DNA of 57,970 nucleotides from a virus: IMG/VR virus record IMGVR_UViG_3300045988_094645; one strand, 5' to 3'. Shown piece by piece: positions 44,301 to 57,470 of this stretch (position 1 is its first letter; each line of letters starts with the position of its first letter). The notes under the pieces were generated by a model. It saw only the letters and a program-made list of their open reading frames with translations, ran no database searches and was not told where the DNA came from. The position numbers and the translations under genes were made by a program.

Positions 44301-45247
44301 CTTCTGGTAAGATAGGTGGCACAAAAACTGGATCTAATGGTTGGACTATTGAAACTAATAGACTATATAGTGGTTCTGGTTCAACAAGAGTTGAATTGAA
44401 TAGCTAGTCACCTACTAATACATCTACACCTACAAACAATAATGATTTTGCTATGTGGGCTGGTAGTGCAACTGCTTCAAGTGCTAAATTTTCTGTCTCT
44501 AAAGGTGGATTAATTACTGCTAAATAGGGAAATATTGGAGGATGGATCCTTTCTTCTAATAAACTCACTAGTGATAACTACAGAACCGGTATAGCAAGTT
44601 CAGGAACTTATCGTTTCTGGGCCGGAGCCAGCTCTAGTAGTACAGCAGATAGACCTGTTTTTTCTGGTTCTTCTTATTTTTATGTTACCAGTTCAGGTGA
44701 GATGTAGTGTAAAAATGCAACGATTAATGGCTCAATTTATGCAGACGATGGCGAAATCGGCGGGTGGACTATTAGCCCAAGTAGAATCTCTGGAGGCGGA
44801 ACTACCTTATATTCAAATGGTAGAATTGTATGTGAAGATTTTGAATCTGATAATGTAGATATTAGTGGAGATATTAATGCGACTACTTTAACCTGTGATA
44901 ATGGCGAAATCGGCGGGTGGACTATTAGTGAAGATGGATTAGAGAATGGTACTACAAGATTGTTTAACGGCTTAGTATAGACAGAATAGGTACAAATATA
45001 TTATAATGATCATGGTCGCTGGAATACTTATCTTGGATTTTTAGGATATGTACCTGGTAGAGATGATGATGGTGTTACTGACAATATTGGTATTAGAACA
45101 CTTGATTAGGGATAGAGTATTATTCTTTAGTCTGCAAGAAATATAGCCTTAAATGCTGAGGGAGCAGGTATCTGGGTAAATGCAGAAAATTTCAACATGA
45201 ATGTACCAAAATCTGGATAGAAAGGTATTTATGCCTAGTTTGCATAA
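41327..45247 (+). CDS. large tail fiber or baseplate protein (~1,306 aa; many TAGs) with repeated G(E/N/K)IGGWTI motifs in the C-terminal half
   Basis: AAAGGAGG RBS; frame 2 links supplied ORFs 43334-43615 and 44165-44407; motifs GKIGGTKTGSNGWTI, GNIGGWILSSNKL and GEIGGWTISPSRI/GEIGGWTISEDGL. Confidence 0.45.
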
Positions 45248-45260
45248 GGAGTGATTATAT

Positions 45261-46001
45261 ATGGGTTCTGTAACCTTACACTCTCCCTCTTATTCTAGTG
45301 TTGGATAGAGATATGCTTCAATAAGTTGTACTGCGGTGGGATGGGTATATCCAAGCGATTCTGGAACAACCACAACCGGAGATAGTAAAAATGGTTCTAG
45401 AACTACTATCTCTTATAGTAATACAGTATGGAGTTGGAGTTTTAGTGATGGAGGAACTTCTAGTTCAAAAGAACCAACTCATAATTTTACTGGCTTAACC
45501 GCAGGTAGAGCAAATACAGTAAGAGGAACATTGAGCGCTAGATGTACAAAAACCACTACTGTAACTAGATGGTCCACTCATAGACAAGAGGTTGGAAAAG
45601 ACGAAAATGGAAAACCAATTTATGAAGATGTAACAACAACAACTGGTCCAACTACATCTAGAACAACAGTTAGCTTAGGTTCTGCATCAGATAGTGTAAC
45701 TGTATATACGCAACCAACTGGTTTTTCTTTTGGATGCAGTCCGGGGGATTATATAGCGGATTATGCCACCGCAGCTAACTGGAATGAATTAGCTGATTAG
45801 GTTGGTAAATATAAAAGTTGGCGCAGTCAATCAAATTAGTATTCTTCATATGATTATTTAAAAGTTTCAAGGGGTGATTGGATAACCGCAAGTATTTATA
45901 ATTCTATGGCATCGGCTTGCGGGACTTCAAAAGTTACCGCAGATAGAACTTTGATTAGTGCTGCATTATTTGAAGCACTAGCTGACGCAGTTTCGCCATA
46001 A
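45261..46001 (+). CDS. hypothetical tail-associated protein (~246 aa; Thr/Ser-rich; one TAG)
   Basis: AAGGAG RBS; extends the supplied ORF 45336-45800 in frame 0. Confidence 0.35.
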
Positions 46002-46021
46002 GAGAAAAAGGAGTTTTAATT

Positions 46022-46393
46022 ATGAAAATGTCAAACAAGGATATTTTAGAAATAACCGAGGGATTAAGTAATATAGTTCAAGATCAATCATGCCTTCCCG
46101 CAAGTGTGTCATATTCGGTGATAAGAAATTTAAAAATTCTTTCTTCTATTGCTGAGGATATTTATAATGAGCGCAAGAAAATTATTGAAAGGTATGGAGA
46201 ACAAGTAGACGATATTACTTATTCAATCCCAGAAGAGAAAAGAGACGCGGCGAATAAAGAACTAAATAACTTATTAGCTGTAAATACTAGCGTTCCATTA
46301 GCTACCTTTTCTATTGATATTTTGTAGGGATATGATATTCCTTTAAAGGTTATGAATATTCTATACTTTATGGTGGAGGCTGACGAGGAATAA
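46022..46393 (+). CDS. hypothetical protein (~123 aa; one TAG) followed by terminator GGCTGACGAG-gaataaaa-CTCGTCAGCC-TTTT (46376-46410)
   Basis: supplied ORF 46022-46327 extended through TAG to TAA. Confidence 0.35.
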
Positions 46394-46478
46394 AACTCGT
46401 CAGCCTTTTGGCCAATTATCTTTATTAATGATATAAGATTTTTTAAATATCTTAGATGAGAAAAAGGAGGCGTTAACT

Positions 46479-49256
46479 ATGCCAATTAGTATTTACCCGC
46501 CTACTCTGTAGAGCACATAGCCAGCGTTTCTAGCCAGTGTGAATGTATATCAAATCTATTTTACCTTACAGTCAATTACATCTTTTAATGATATAGGACA
46601 TATATAGGTAAGAATAGTGCGTTAGTCGAATAATAAAAGCATTGTTAATACAAATCAATACCCAGATGGGACAATCTATAAAGCACCCTCTGCTATTGGT
46701 TCCCTGGGCAATTAGTATTTTGTATCAATCAATAAAAATGAATTGTTCGAATCTTGGTAGCCAGGGTATTTATATAAAGTGCAGATGCGCTTTGGAATTA
46801 ATCCTATGTATACCTCGGTAGATGAATTTGCAACATGGAAACAATAGCAAATAGATGAAGGAGCTTTCTCTGAATGGTCTACTGTAATGGTAATTAAAGC
46901 GATAGATACTCCGACTATTATTATAGAAAACGACGAGGCAAAGCGAGAAGATGTTATATCTACAGAACGAGTAGAAGCAACTTTAACACCGCTATTTATT
47001 GGCAGTTACAAGATTGAATCTAGTAGTAATGAATTATTGGATAAATATAAATTTGATTTATACAAAGGTTCTTCGTAGGATCTCAGTGATTTAATCGAAA
47101 GCTCTGGGTGGATCTAGCATAATGGCTCTATTAATAATACAGATACTCATAGATTTAAAACAGTATTAACTAATAGTGAAGATTATACTGTTGTGTACTC
47201 TATTATTACCGTCAATGGTTATGAGGGAGAGTCTGATTAGTATAATTTTTCTGTTAGTCGAACTTATCTAGGTGATTTAGAAGGAGTATCTATAAGAGTT
47301 GAAGATAGCGATATATATTGCAAAGAGAATGGTTGTATAAAGATTTTTTGCACAGCAAAAGATGGATTAAGTGGAAGTTATGTAATAACTAGAAGTTCAG
47401 AGAAAGATAATTATTAGATATGGGAAGATTTGAAGTATCTTAAATTTTCTAATTAGGTTTTGAACGATTCACTAATCTATACCGATTTTATTATTGAAAG
47501 CGGAATTAGATACAAATACGCTATATAGCAAGAGAACTCCGCAGGATTACGGACTTCCTAGGTATATGAAACCTCTAACCAAGGTCGTAGTGTTGATTTT
47601 GAGCACAGCTATATTTATAGAGATGGAGTATAGTTAAAACTATCACTCAATCAAACCTTATCCAGCTTTAAACATACCACTTTAAGAAGTAAATAGGATA
47701 CTTTAGGAGATAAATACCCTCATTTAATTTAGAATGGTAATGCTTACTATGCAGAATTTCCTATTTCTGGTTTGATTAGTTTTTAGATGGATGAATATTA
47801 GACATTCTTCTCTCTAGATGATGATGGCCTTTATTATAATGGCAAACTTGCAATCCCAGAAGATAAGTTTACTATCAAAAATGTGGTTAGAGGAAAATGT
47901 CAAGAGAGATAGACAACTCATTCAGAAGTCTCAACTAATGAGAGTAAATTATCTATTTCAACTGATTTAACAGATGATAATGTTTTCATTGAAAGAGCTT
48001 TTAGAGAAAAGGTAGAAGAATTTTTAAATGATTTTAACTATAAATTATTTAAGTCTCCAACCGAAGGGAATATAGTTATAGGCTTGCTTAATATTTCTTT
48101 GACTCCGAATAATACGGTCGGCCGCATGCTCTATTCTTTTTCTGCTACGGCATATGAAGTATTAGAGAACACCATAGAAAATTTAAATGAAGTTAATATA
48201 ATTGATATTGGTGAATTTGAGAGTTTAGCAAGCGAAGATAGAATAAATTCCTTTGGGCAGATAAGCGGAATTTATGGTCGAAATATAGACTTATACGCAA
48301 AGATAAGAGAATAGGAAGAGGTTAGCATAGGTGGAGGGTATAAACTAAACTTAGTTTAGGTTACTGATATCCTAGTTGAACAATACCCAAAGATAGATCT
48401 AACCGCGTAGCTACTAGAATTAGAAGCTCTTAGAGCGGAAGCCGCAGGTAATGAAGAAGATACTTCTGAGTATGATAGATAGATTGAGGAATGTGAAAAT
48501 TTAATTCTTGCTCTTGATGGGCCTGAATCTGCGACTATTGAAATTAATGTTAATGGTTCAAGGATCTTAGTTGCACCAGGTAGAATGTATCATTTAAGTG
48601 AGAATGTTAATTCTCTATCTCTATCTGCATCAACAGTTCCTATTATTGTGAATTATGTTTGTCAGTTAAATTAGGTTGAAGATGTTTCAGTGGGAGTTGT
48701 TTCTGCTATTGATGCTTCTCGTATTTGGGGTTAGATTTCTGGAATATTTACAGGAACAGATGGTGTTTTAAAGTTTTATAACTATGATTATAAGAATAGT
48801 GACACATATCGCATATTTAGTAATGTTCCTGCGAATATGGAAAAATTTCTAGTTAGGGATAAACAAGGAGATATTATTGTTGATAATACGACTTTTAATC
48901 TATATAAAACGGTAAATATCTACGAGATAATAAAAGAAGAGACACAAAAGCAAGTTGAGCTTATATATAATACACACTTTGAATTAAGTAGCGATGGACA
49001 GCTAACAGACGGAGAGATTTATTACACTTTTAGTGATATTACTTTGTTCGATATAGAAGCAGACGAAGGAACTACTATTCTTCTTAGCTCAAATGCTGAT
49101 GGAAGTAATCCTATTACTGTAAAAATCGGTCCCACAGGGAGATATACACTTAACCCATTGGATAATATGATTAAATATATCGCTCTAGAAAGCGCTCAAT
49201 TCTGTGTAATAAACTATAAGTGTTTAACAAATCAAATGCGTATGAAGGTGGAATAG
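46479..49256 (+). CDS. large tail/baseplate structural protein (~925 aa; many TAGs)
   Basis: AAGGAGG RBS; frame 0 links supplied ORFs 46887, 48084 and 48837-49256. Confidence 0.4.
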
Positions 49257-49260
49257 TATT

Positions 49261-51165
49261 ATGTTTGATTATTTAAACGATATGGAATTTCTTACTGCCC
49301 TTGATAAGTTAAACATTAAAACCCATTATGCGAAAATTATTTTGCTTTCTTTCGATGAAAAACCTATTAGAGAGATACAAGGTCGCATAACAGCAGGAAG
49401 TTTAAGTGTTAATGGTTCATCTTCAGTGCGCAGAACAATTAGTTTAACTATGCTAGCCGATGGAAATAATAGCGATATAGAGAATATAGATAACGAGATT
49501 TCGATAAACAAAAAGGTTAAAGTGTTTGTTGGATATAATAACCCCTTAAGATCTTATTCTAGTTATGGAGATATAATTTGGTTTCCTTGCGGACTATTTG
49601 TCTTGTCTAATGCATCAATAGCAAGATCGACTTCTGGATGGACAATTTCTATAAATGGAAAAGATAAGATGTGTTTATTAGATGGAACTGCGGGAGGTAC
49701 CTTTCCAGGTTCTATTACCCTCCATGAAAGTTACATATAGAAGAATGATGGAGATATAGAGATTGTATATCCGACCATATTCCAGATTATATATGAAGCG
49801 GTAAACCACTGGGGAGGGGAAGCTATAGAGAATATAATTATTACAGATATAGAGGAAACCTGTAAAATGTTGGTTAAGTATATTGGTGACAAACCAGTAT
49901 ATTTTAGTAATAATTATGAGAGTATGGATTTCTCTCCCAGCTCAGACTTCCCGCATATGGTAAGCTATGGATAGGATGCTGGATATAAAGAAACAGAATT
50001 TACATATCCCGGTGAATTGATTTTAGATGCTGGTGATACTGTAACTGCATTACTAGATAAGATAGTGGATGTTCTTGGAAATTTTGAATATTTCTATGAT
50101 ATAAACGGTCGTTTTATCTTTTAGGAGATAAAGAACTATCTTAATACTGGAAGCCCTTTAACTGAACTTACGCCAGCAAACTATGTAAAGAGTTATAATA
50201 ATGCTAAATTCTTATATTCTTTAACCGAGCTTGATACCACGACTGCGATAACCCGCAGTCCAAAGTTTGATAATATTAAAAATGATTTTTATGTTTGGGG
50301 TAAAAGAAAAACTACATCTGATGTAGAAGTGGACATTAGATACCATTTAGCTATTGATACCAAACCTATTATAGATTTGGCTGGGTATTATATGTGGGCT
50401 ATTAGTGATAAAGAAACTGGACTAATAGTAAGATATGATTTTAATAATATAGCTAGTGATTACTCTGTATCTGGATATGAAACAAAATTAATCGGGTCTC
50501 CATGTGATGAGTGGCGAGAAGAGCTGTACCGTAGAGCATTAAATGCGCAGGTAACTAATAGCGTATATGATAACTACTATGATTCCGAATTAATCGCGGA
50601 ATGGCGTAATTTATATGATCCATTGAACGAGAAATGGGATGAATACGATCATTGGAACCCTGATGTTTTTAACAATCCAGAAAATTTGAACTATTGGTTA
50701 GATTTTATAGATACGGGTTCAGAGATGGGAAAATATTCAATAAATGAAATAGGCAGAAGGACTAAAGTGGTTAATAGTTCTGATATAACTTCCGTATATA
50801 ATATGGAAGCCCCTGATATTATTTTTATTGAAGGACTTGATTAGGACTTGATAGCAGAATATCGAGGGATAGGTTAGAGATTTTTTGTTCTTACTTCTGA
50901 ATACTATGATTTATTTTCAATAAGTTCTACTAATGCAAGTTGTTTTGATAAGATTAGAGAAATGTTGTATTAGAATTTAAATTATAATACAACTATATCC
51001 ATTACCTGCTTACCAAAGTATTATATGGAGCCGAATAATATTCTCTACATTGAAGATAAGAATAGTGGTATTAGTGGAAATTACTAGATAACTCAGTTTA
51101 CTTTGCCTCTTGCTTATAATGGAACTATGAGCATTACTGCAACGGAAGTATTAACGAGAGTATAA
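49261..51165 (+). CDS. tail/baseplate structural protein (~634 aa; ~8 TAGs)
   Basis: frame 1 links supplied ORFs 49261-49740 and 50329-50844 through TAG codons to TAA. Confidence 0.4.
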
Positions 51166-51181
51166 GGAGGAGTAGGAGATA

Positions 51182-51772
51182 ATGCCAACTGTTGGTCAAG
51201 TATACTATAATGTAATAGATAATAACAGTGGTAGCTACGTCTCTAGTGGGTAGAATATATTCAGTGATATTATTGCCTAGGTAGGAGCCTCTCAATTCAA
51301 TAAAGTTGGGGTATAGGCTCCTGCCGGCACAAAAATAGTTATGAATGAATCAAAGACTATTATGGTTGGTAGAACTGGAATATATGAACTAGATGATGAC
51401 ATAGCTATTACTAATATGTATTTTATTAGACCTAGAAAGTATGAAAAAGATGAAGAAGCCTCCTAGTAGGCGATTGAGTAGGGAACTGAAGGAATGTAGG
51501 CTGCGGATAAAAAACGAGCAGACGATTTGGAACAATTTTATAAAGAAAATCCAGTTATGCCAGACCCGGATACAGATCCAGAGGGATATAGAGCTTACTG
51601 GGATTCATATAATAATATTTAGACTACCTATATAGAGGCTTATTAGACAGCATTAAGTTTGTATAATTAGGGTGTAAACGGTATATATGTGTTACCCAAT
51701 CCTGATAATATTGATGCTCCAGAGAACTATTAGGATTTGTATAATGTTATTATTGATTTTATCTATGTATAA
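51182..51772 (+). CDS. hypothetical protein (~196 aa; ~8 TAGs)
   Basis: AGGAGGAG RBS; frame 2 reading MPTVGQVYYNVIDNNSGSYVSSG[TAG]NIFSDIIA[TAG]VGAS... to TAA. Confidence 0.3.
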
Positions 51773-51786
51773 GGAGGTGTCAAACT

Positions 51787-53697
51787 ATGGAAAGTTTCTA
51801 TGGAGGACCTAAAGGTAGAGATTTTGATATTAAGGAAATCTTTACTAGCAAATATTAGATGGATAGAGATTTATCAAAGGGTTGGACATCTTCTATCTTC
51901 CCAGGTGATCTCGTTGTTGTATCATATGGTTTGCCAAGCGATACAAACTATGATATTTATAAGAATGAAGATTTATAGAATTATGGGAAAAGCTATAACT
52001 CTACTCTTTGGCAAAAATGTTATAATGATAAAGATGGAAGCGGATCTGCGGGCGGCCTATACTATAAGATGATAGCTTCCATGACTGGTAATACACCAAG
52101 AATTAGCTTAAATGACACAGAAGTCTTGGATGCAGATGAAGATCCAAACGTGGTTTGGGATAATACCGATCTAGATAGACTTTGGCTTACTTTTCAGTTA
52201 CCATAGAGTTAGAATATCTAGTTAGGAGAGACTACTATTCTGGATTGTAATGAACTTCCAGAAGCGTCTTTAGACACAACCGATATAAATAATCCTAGCT
52301 TAAAGTTGTCCTTACCGCAATCTTAGGTAATTAATACTGCATTAGTAGAATTATTAGATGTAGGTGAAAATCCAAGAGTATCTTTAGAAGTTTCAGGAGA
52401 TTATTCTATCAACAAACCGGCAATTAAGTTTTATCTACCTGTATCTTAGTCATTATAGGAAGGTATTACTACAACTTTAGATGCTAATGAAAAACCTAGA
52501 TTTGAAATAAATTTTGATGATATAAACAATCCAATTATTAATTTCTTCTTGCCTCAAAGTTAGGTGATGGGAGATCCAGAAACTACGGTAGTGGGACCCG
52601 AGGAGAACCCATCTGTAATAATAGATGATTCGAATATTAATGTGCCAGTATTGAAATTTAGTTTACCAGAAGCGGTTAAGTTTTATTATGGCGAGTTATT
52701 AGGCGAGAGGACAGAAGGGACTTACGAAGAAGCTAATGATTCTTTTGCGGATTATAATGTTGGTGATTATTACATTAATGCACCAACTGGTTTTATTTAT
52801 AAAGTAATAAATAAAACTGGAACCACTTGCACTTTTTAGTATATAGCTTGTATTTAGTCCCCTCTTCCTACTATAGAAGTTACAGAATTAAAGCCATATA
52901 CAGATAAAGGTTCTGAGTTTGAGCCGACAATTCCTACAGTTACAAGGGAGTTTACCAACGAGGAGCAAACCGCTTGGAAACTAGTTTTTGGACTGCCTTC
53001 CGCAGTTAAATATACAACTTCATTTGCTTTTGTTGGAATTGATGAAACCGGTTCTGTATCCAATAAAATTACAGCAGATGATACTATGAATATTGATTTT
53101 AAGATTCCTCGAGGATCAAAATTATACTCTGGAACTTAGATTTCTGATTCAACGACATCTACTGTTATTGAGGGTGCGAAAGCTGGAGATTTATATTTAA
53201 ATACAGAAACCGGAAATATATATGAATTAAAATCTTCTGGTACATGGGAGAAAAATTCCGGCAACCTAAAAGGCCCTGTTGGTGAAGCTCTTAATATTGT
53301 TAAGAGCTATACAATAAATGAGACAGATACACTAAAAGATTCTTTATAGAATGGTGTAAATTATATTGAAGAAAACTATGACGGAGAAATTAGTGCGGAA
53401 GATATTTTCTCTATTACATGGGTAGAATATGAAACCAATCAAGAAACTTCTTATTGGTATTATAAGGCTGCCGATGGAGTGTGGGGAAGAGTTTAGTTAA
53501 CCGGTGGTATTTCTAATCTTATTGACAATAGTTATAATAGTGAAGATGGTGGAGAAGTAACAAATAAAACTTACAGTATTCACTATATTAATAGCTTAAT
53601 AGGTGGAACTATTACAAATAAGGATAGATAGACATATTCTGCAACATAGATTGAAGAATTACTATCTTGGGGAAGTTTTAGTGATTTAATACCTTAA
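51787..53697 (+). CDS. tail fiber-like protein (~636 aa) with four internal L(S/P)LP-Q-S-Q repeats in which both Gln are encoded by TAG
   Basis: AAGGAGG RBS; frame 1 includes the supplied ORF 52564-52839; repeat DNA ...cca tag agt tag... recurs at ~52203, 52322, 52447 and 52558. Confidence 0.4.
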
Positions 53698-53730
53698 TTT
53701 ATATTTAGAGAGTATAAAGGAGGGCCTAAA

Positions 53731-54513
53731 ATGGCTTTATTTAAGATTTTTAAAGGCGCAGAAGAGGATCTTAATGATGTACCTCTTCATGAAGGATACG
53801 CCTATTTCTGCGAGGACACAGGAAATTTATTTATTGATGTAAGTAATATAGAGGGCGGACGTCTACAGGTCAATGCCTATGCTGCTCAAGTTTTAAAGAA
53901 TAATGTTACTGAAATTGATATTGACGACATTTTTCTTAAAAATATGACTGCTACTGTAGCGTAGGGTGGAACTGGACATGATACATTAACTGTTAATGCT
54001 TTGCTAGTAGGAAATGGAACAGAAGCATTAAAAATGATTGAAATTGCAGCCGGCAGTTTAGTAATCGGAAATGCGGAAAATGGTGTGGCTGGTTTACAAG
54101 GTGCTGGTGCTTTATACGCGATTACTGCGGGTGCACCTACATTTGGTACACTTCCAATCTAGGTTGGAGGAACTGGAGGCACGACAGCCGCGCAAGCCAG
54201 AACTAATTTGGATGTATATAGCAAGTCAGAAACAGATAACCAAATTACTGGTAGCACATCTGTAGCTTATACAACCACTCTTGCCGCGGCATCATGGGTA
54301 TTGAACGGAGATATGTATACATAGACATACTCTAATACTGCTTTAACTTGCGGAAAAGCGGGAAATGTGCCACCTATCATTACTTATACTTCTAATTTAG
54401 AGGAATATAGTAAAATTGATCATGCTGATGCAACTGTAGGATCTGGAATCACTTTCTACACAAAAGATAAACCAGAAAGCGATATTGCTATTGTTATTAT
54501 TGATGTAAAATAA
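53731..54513 (+). CDS. tail fiber-like protein (~260 aa; one TAG)
   Basis: supplied ORF 53731-53964 extended through TAG; AAAGGAGG RBS; N-terminus MALFKIFKGAEEDLNDVPLHEGYAYFCEDTGNLFIDVS is typical of fiber N-termini. Confidence 0.4.
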
Positions 54514-54560
54514 AAAAAATAGGGAGAACCTTTTAATTAAGGTTCTCCCTATTTTTTTTA
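54512..54560. terminator. bidirectional terminator AAAAAAAATAGGGAGAACC-ttttaatta-GGTTCTCCCTATTTTTTTT between convergent blocks
   Basis: perfect stem flanked by an A8 run and a T8 run. Confidence 0.7.
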
Positions 54561-55016
54561 TTCCTCGCAAGGAGGTCTACTGTATAAGTGATAATGCGGT
54601 TTTTCTTCTCCAAACCATTTCCATCTAAGGTAATCATCTAACACTATTGCTAAAAGGCTCAAGAAGAACCATGCAATAGAGAAGGGCAAGCAAATCTGCC
54701 CCATAAAGTTAAGTGGAATGTTAGAATAATCCCAAATACCTAAACCTAGTCTTATATTTAAAACTAATCCAAAAATTAATTCTAAAGCAGTTATAATTAA
54801 AGATCCTTTTACTCCTTGAGTTAAGATAGATTCTTCCCAAAGAATATTCTCATTCATTAGTCCAATTAATAGAAAGCATAAGCCACCTAGCAAAAACATA
54901 GACCAATGACAAACTCCAAGGCTAATAAAAGTTTTATAGAGGAACTCTATACTGTAATATAGAGTTCCTCCTACTACGAATAGAATTATATTTTTATTCG
55001 CTGTCTGTGTCTTCAT
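54558..55016 (-). CDS. integral membrane protein (152 aa, ~4 TM helices); function unknown
   Basis: supplied ORF; several hydrophobic stretches. Confidence 0.4.
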   Translation of the reverse strand: MKTQTANKNIILFVVGGTLYYSIEFLYKTFISLGVCHWSMFLLGGLCFLLIGLMNENILWEESILTQGVKGSLIITALELIFGLVLNIRLGLGIWDYSNIPLNFMGQICLPFSIAWFFLSLLAIVLDDYLRWKWFGEEKPHYHLYSRPPCEE

Positions 55017-55656
55017 AACTCAATTCAATAGCTTTTAATTCATCTATTGAATTAGCTCCAAATATCTAGGTTTTATATTCTTGCATTAAGTGGTATTTTG
55101 GATATACCGCATTAGAAATAGCTAAACTTAGAGCGGATAATTGCTCTAAAGTCCATGGTACACACTCTTCGTGTCGAGCGTGCCACTCAAGCGTAGGATT
55201 TTCTACTTCAGCAGCTACAGCCACCTAGAATTGATTGAGATTTAAGCTAATCTCAGATTGGTCCTCCTACGTAATTCCATATTCTTTTCCATCGACCCAA
55301 GTTAACGGGTGGGTAGCAAGATACTCTGCGAATAGTTTCTTGTTTTCCTCTTGTTTATCATATTTTGCCTAATCTAAATCAGCGATGAAAGTACCATCTT
55401 CTTGATTATACTTTGAATAGTTAGGAATGACGTTTGATGGAATTGTTTCCAACTCTAATACTGTAACAGCATTAGGTTGATTTAATACATCGGCTTTGAC
55501 TAGAGTGTAATGAGTATCACTATCTGAGCCGATAACCCCAGTTCCCTCTTCTTCCTCGCAGGCAACGACAATACCATTTGAGGATTGCAGTTTAATGTAA
55601 CGTGCTTCTGAAAGAATATCAACTACTATATTCTCTCTATTTAATAGAATATACAT
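54994..55656 (-). CDS. hypothetical protein (~220 aa; five in-frame TAGs)
   Basis: supplied ORF 55369-55656 ends at a TAG; continued frame reads ...FIADLD[TAG]AKYDKQEENKKLFAEYLATHPLTWVDGKEYGIT[TAG]EDQSEISLNLNQF[TAG]VAVAAEVENPTLEWHARHEECVPW... to TAA; its ATG overlaps the RT stop (TAATG). Confidence 0.35.
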
Positions 55657-56873
55657 TACTTTATTTCAACTCCTTTGAATAATGAACGAAAATAATTGTC
55701 CATGTCCTGAATTATATAAAAGCAAGTTCCTTTAGAAATATGCGCCCTCCAGCCCTAATAAGATTTCTAAACTTCTTCAGTTGAAATTTTATTATCTAAC
55801 CATAAAGCCTACATTTTCTTTAGTTTTCTGCGCTGATGAGCTACTTTTTTCTTGAAAGGAAGTTGTATTATATGATTAGTTTCTGTGAGATGAAAATTCC
55901 ACTTTAAATATTTAAAAGGAGCGTGGCGTTCGCCATCTGCGTGAATAGGAGAAATTCTAGTGATAGTAGTTTTCTTCTTATTCATCTTTAATCCTTGTTT
56001 ATTTAAGCGAATTTCTATTTGTTTCTCACATTCGGCCAAGTATTTACTGTCATTATGGAGCAAGTATAAATCATCCATATAACGACCATAATACTTAATA
56101 TGTAACTCTTCTTTTATGAAGTGGTCAATTTCGTTCAATGCTAGCAATGCGAATAATTGTGACGTTTGACTTCCTAATCCCAGGCTCTTTCTTTCATATT
56201 CATAATACTTACGACCAGGCTAGAAATGAGTAACATTAACTCTTTCATACTTGTGTCGCTTACTTGTGTAATATATTTTACCGGGTATAGGCGAAGTGTC
56301 TTTTGTTAGCTTAAAAGAAAATGTATCTATCAAGTAACAACATAACTAATAAACAAGTTTATCTTTTATTAGCCGTTTAGCTGCTTTCTTTAAAGATTCA
56401 TGGTCAATAGAATCAAAATATTTCTGTATATCAATTCTTAATCCATAAAAATCTTTTCCTAACCCATACTCTTTATGAGCCTATTGGAGATGTTTCTTAA
56501 CTCTTTCCAGAGCGAAGTCTATTCCCTTTCCTTTTAGGGTTGCACAATTATCATAGATAAATCTAGGAGTTAATTCTGGTAGCAAAACTTGTTCACATAA
56601 CGCATTTTGTACCAGTCTGTCGTTGATATGACACGCTCTTATATCTCTTGGTTTGCCTCGTTCGATTATCGAAAAACAACTAAACACAAGCTGTTCGTAT
56701 TCACACGCTCGCAGGTCAGCTTCTGTTTTTAAAATTGTTTCTATCCTATTCTCTTCAAAATTAATTGTACTATCTTTCCATCGAACGTTTCGACATACCT
56801 TATAAGACGCCTCATACATAGCGTCAAAACTACAAAAACGCTCGAAAGCAGTATCTTGTTTTATTTCAGACAT
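55656..56873 (-). CDS. diversity-generating retroelement reverse transcriptase (~404 aa if all TAGs are read through; first in-frame TAG after 355 codons) with six in-frame TAGs
   Basis: supplied ORFs 56481-56873 and 55809-56147 share one frame, and the 333-nt gap holds only TAG stops. Translation gives DGR-RT motifs: ...GKPRDIRACHINDRLVQNALCEQVLLPEL...FIYDNCATLKGKGIDFA..., LRIDIQKYFDSIDHESL, GLGSQTSQLFALALNEIDHFI, YGRYMDDLYLL (YMDD). Confidence 0.8.
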
Positions 56874-57181
56874 ACTTTCTCCTTATCATGTAGCTATAGT
56901 GGTAGCTACTCGAGCTCCACGTCTACAGTCTTACTTTATCCACTTTTTCAGTGAAATGGTTAAGTTCTCCTTAGATGAAAAGGCAGATCTACCTATAGTA
57001 TATTATTCGATAGTTGTAGAGCAAAGCTCTTTAATGGTCTCTCAATCTCTTCCCCACATAAAGTGAGTGCAATCCAGAGTAAACCTTAATTAGATGGATA
57101 ATAATATACTCCGGGGTACTATTTAGGCGTTGCTCGTTTGCGCTGCTCCGCAGCTTAACTCGCAACATGATAGCTCCATCT

Positions 57182-57290
57182 AATCCGGCGCGAGCCCGTT
57201 GCTGTTGTTGTAGTTGTTGTTGTTCGCAGATCCATCGTTGTTGACATTGCAAACGTTGTTCGAGTTGTTGTAGTTACTGGACCGAAAGAT
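57182..57290 (-). repeat. DGR template repeat (TR), AAC-codon rich on the minus strand
   Basis: 57182-57247 matches 57905-57970 at ~49 of 66 positions; 16 of 17 mismatches fall where this copy has T on the plus strand, meaning A on the minus/RT-sense strand, the DGR adenine-mutagenesis signature; right boundary approximate. Confidence 0.7.
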
Positions 57291-57470
57291 ACAGAACTTA
57301 ACCGTAGAAAAATATTATCGACCTCTCCTATATCTCTTAGGAGCTGAATATCTATGCTCTGTTATAAGTTTATCTCTATTTTTTCTATCTTGGATTGACT
57401 CTTTTACTCTCTTTGTCAATCTAGCTAGATGTTCAAAAGAGCGTCTTTTCTTTTTGCTGTTCTGAGCATA

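Noticed and set aside
51800-52072. 90-aa plus-strand ORF in frame 2
   Set aside because: It overlaps the better-supported frame-1 fiber-like gene 51787-53697 (RBS, repeat structure, supplied ORF 52564-52839). Its translation is hydrophobic and low-complexity.
57031-57252. 73-aa minus-strand ORF rich in Gln (MQCQQRWICEQQQLQQQQ...)
   Set aside because: It overlaps the DGR template repeat. The poly-Q/N reading is a by-product of the AAC-rich TR, which is expected to be non-coding.
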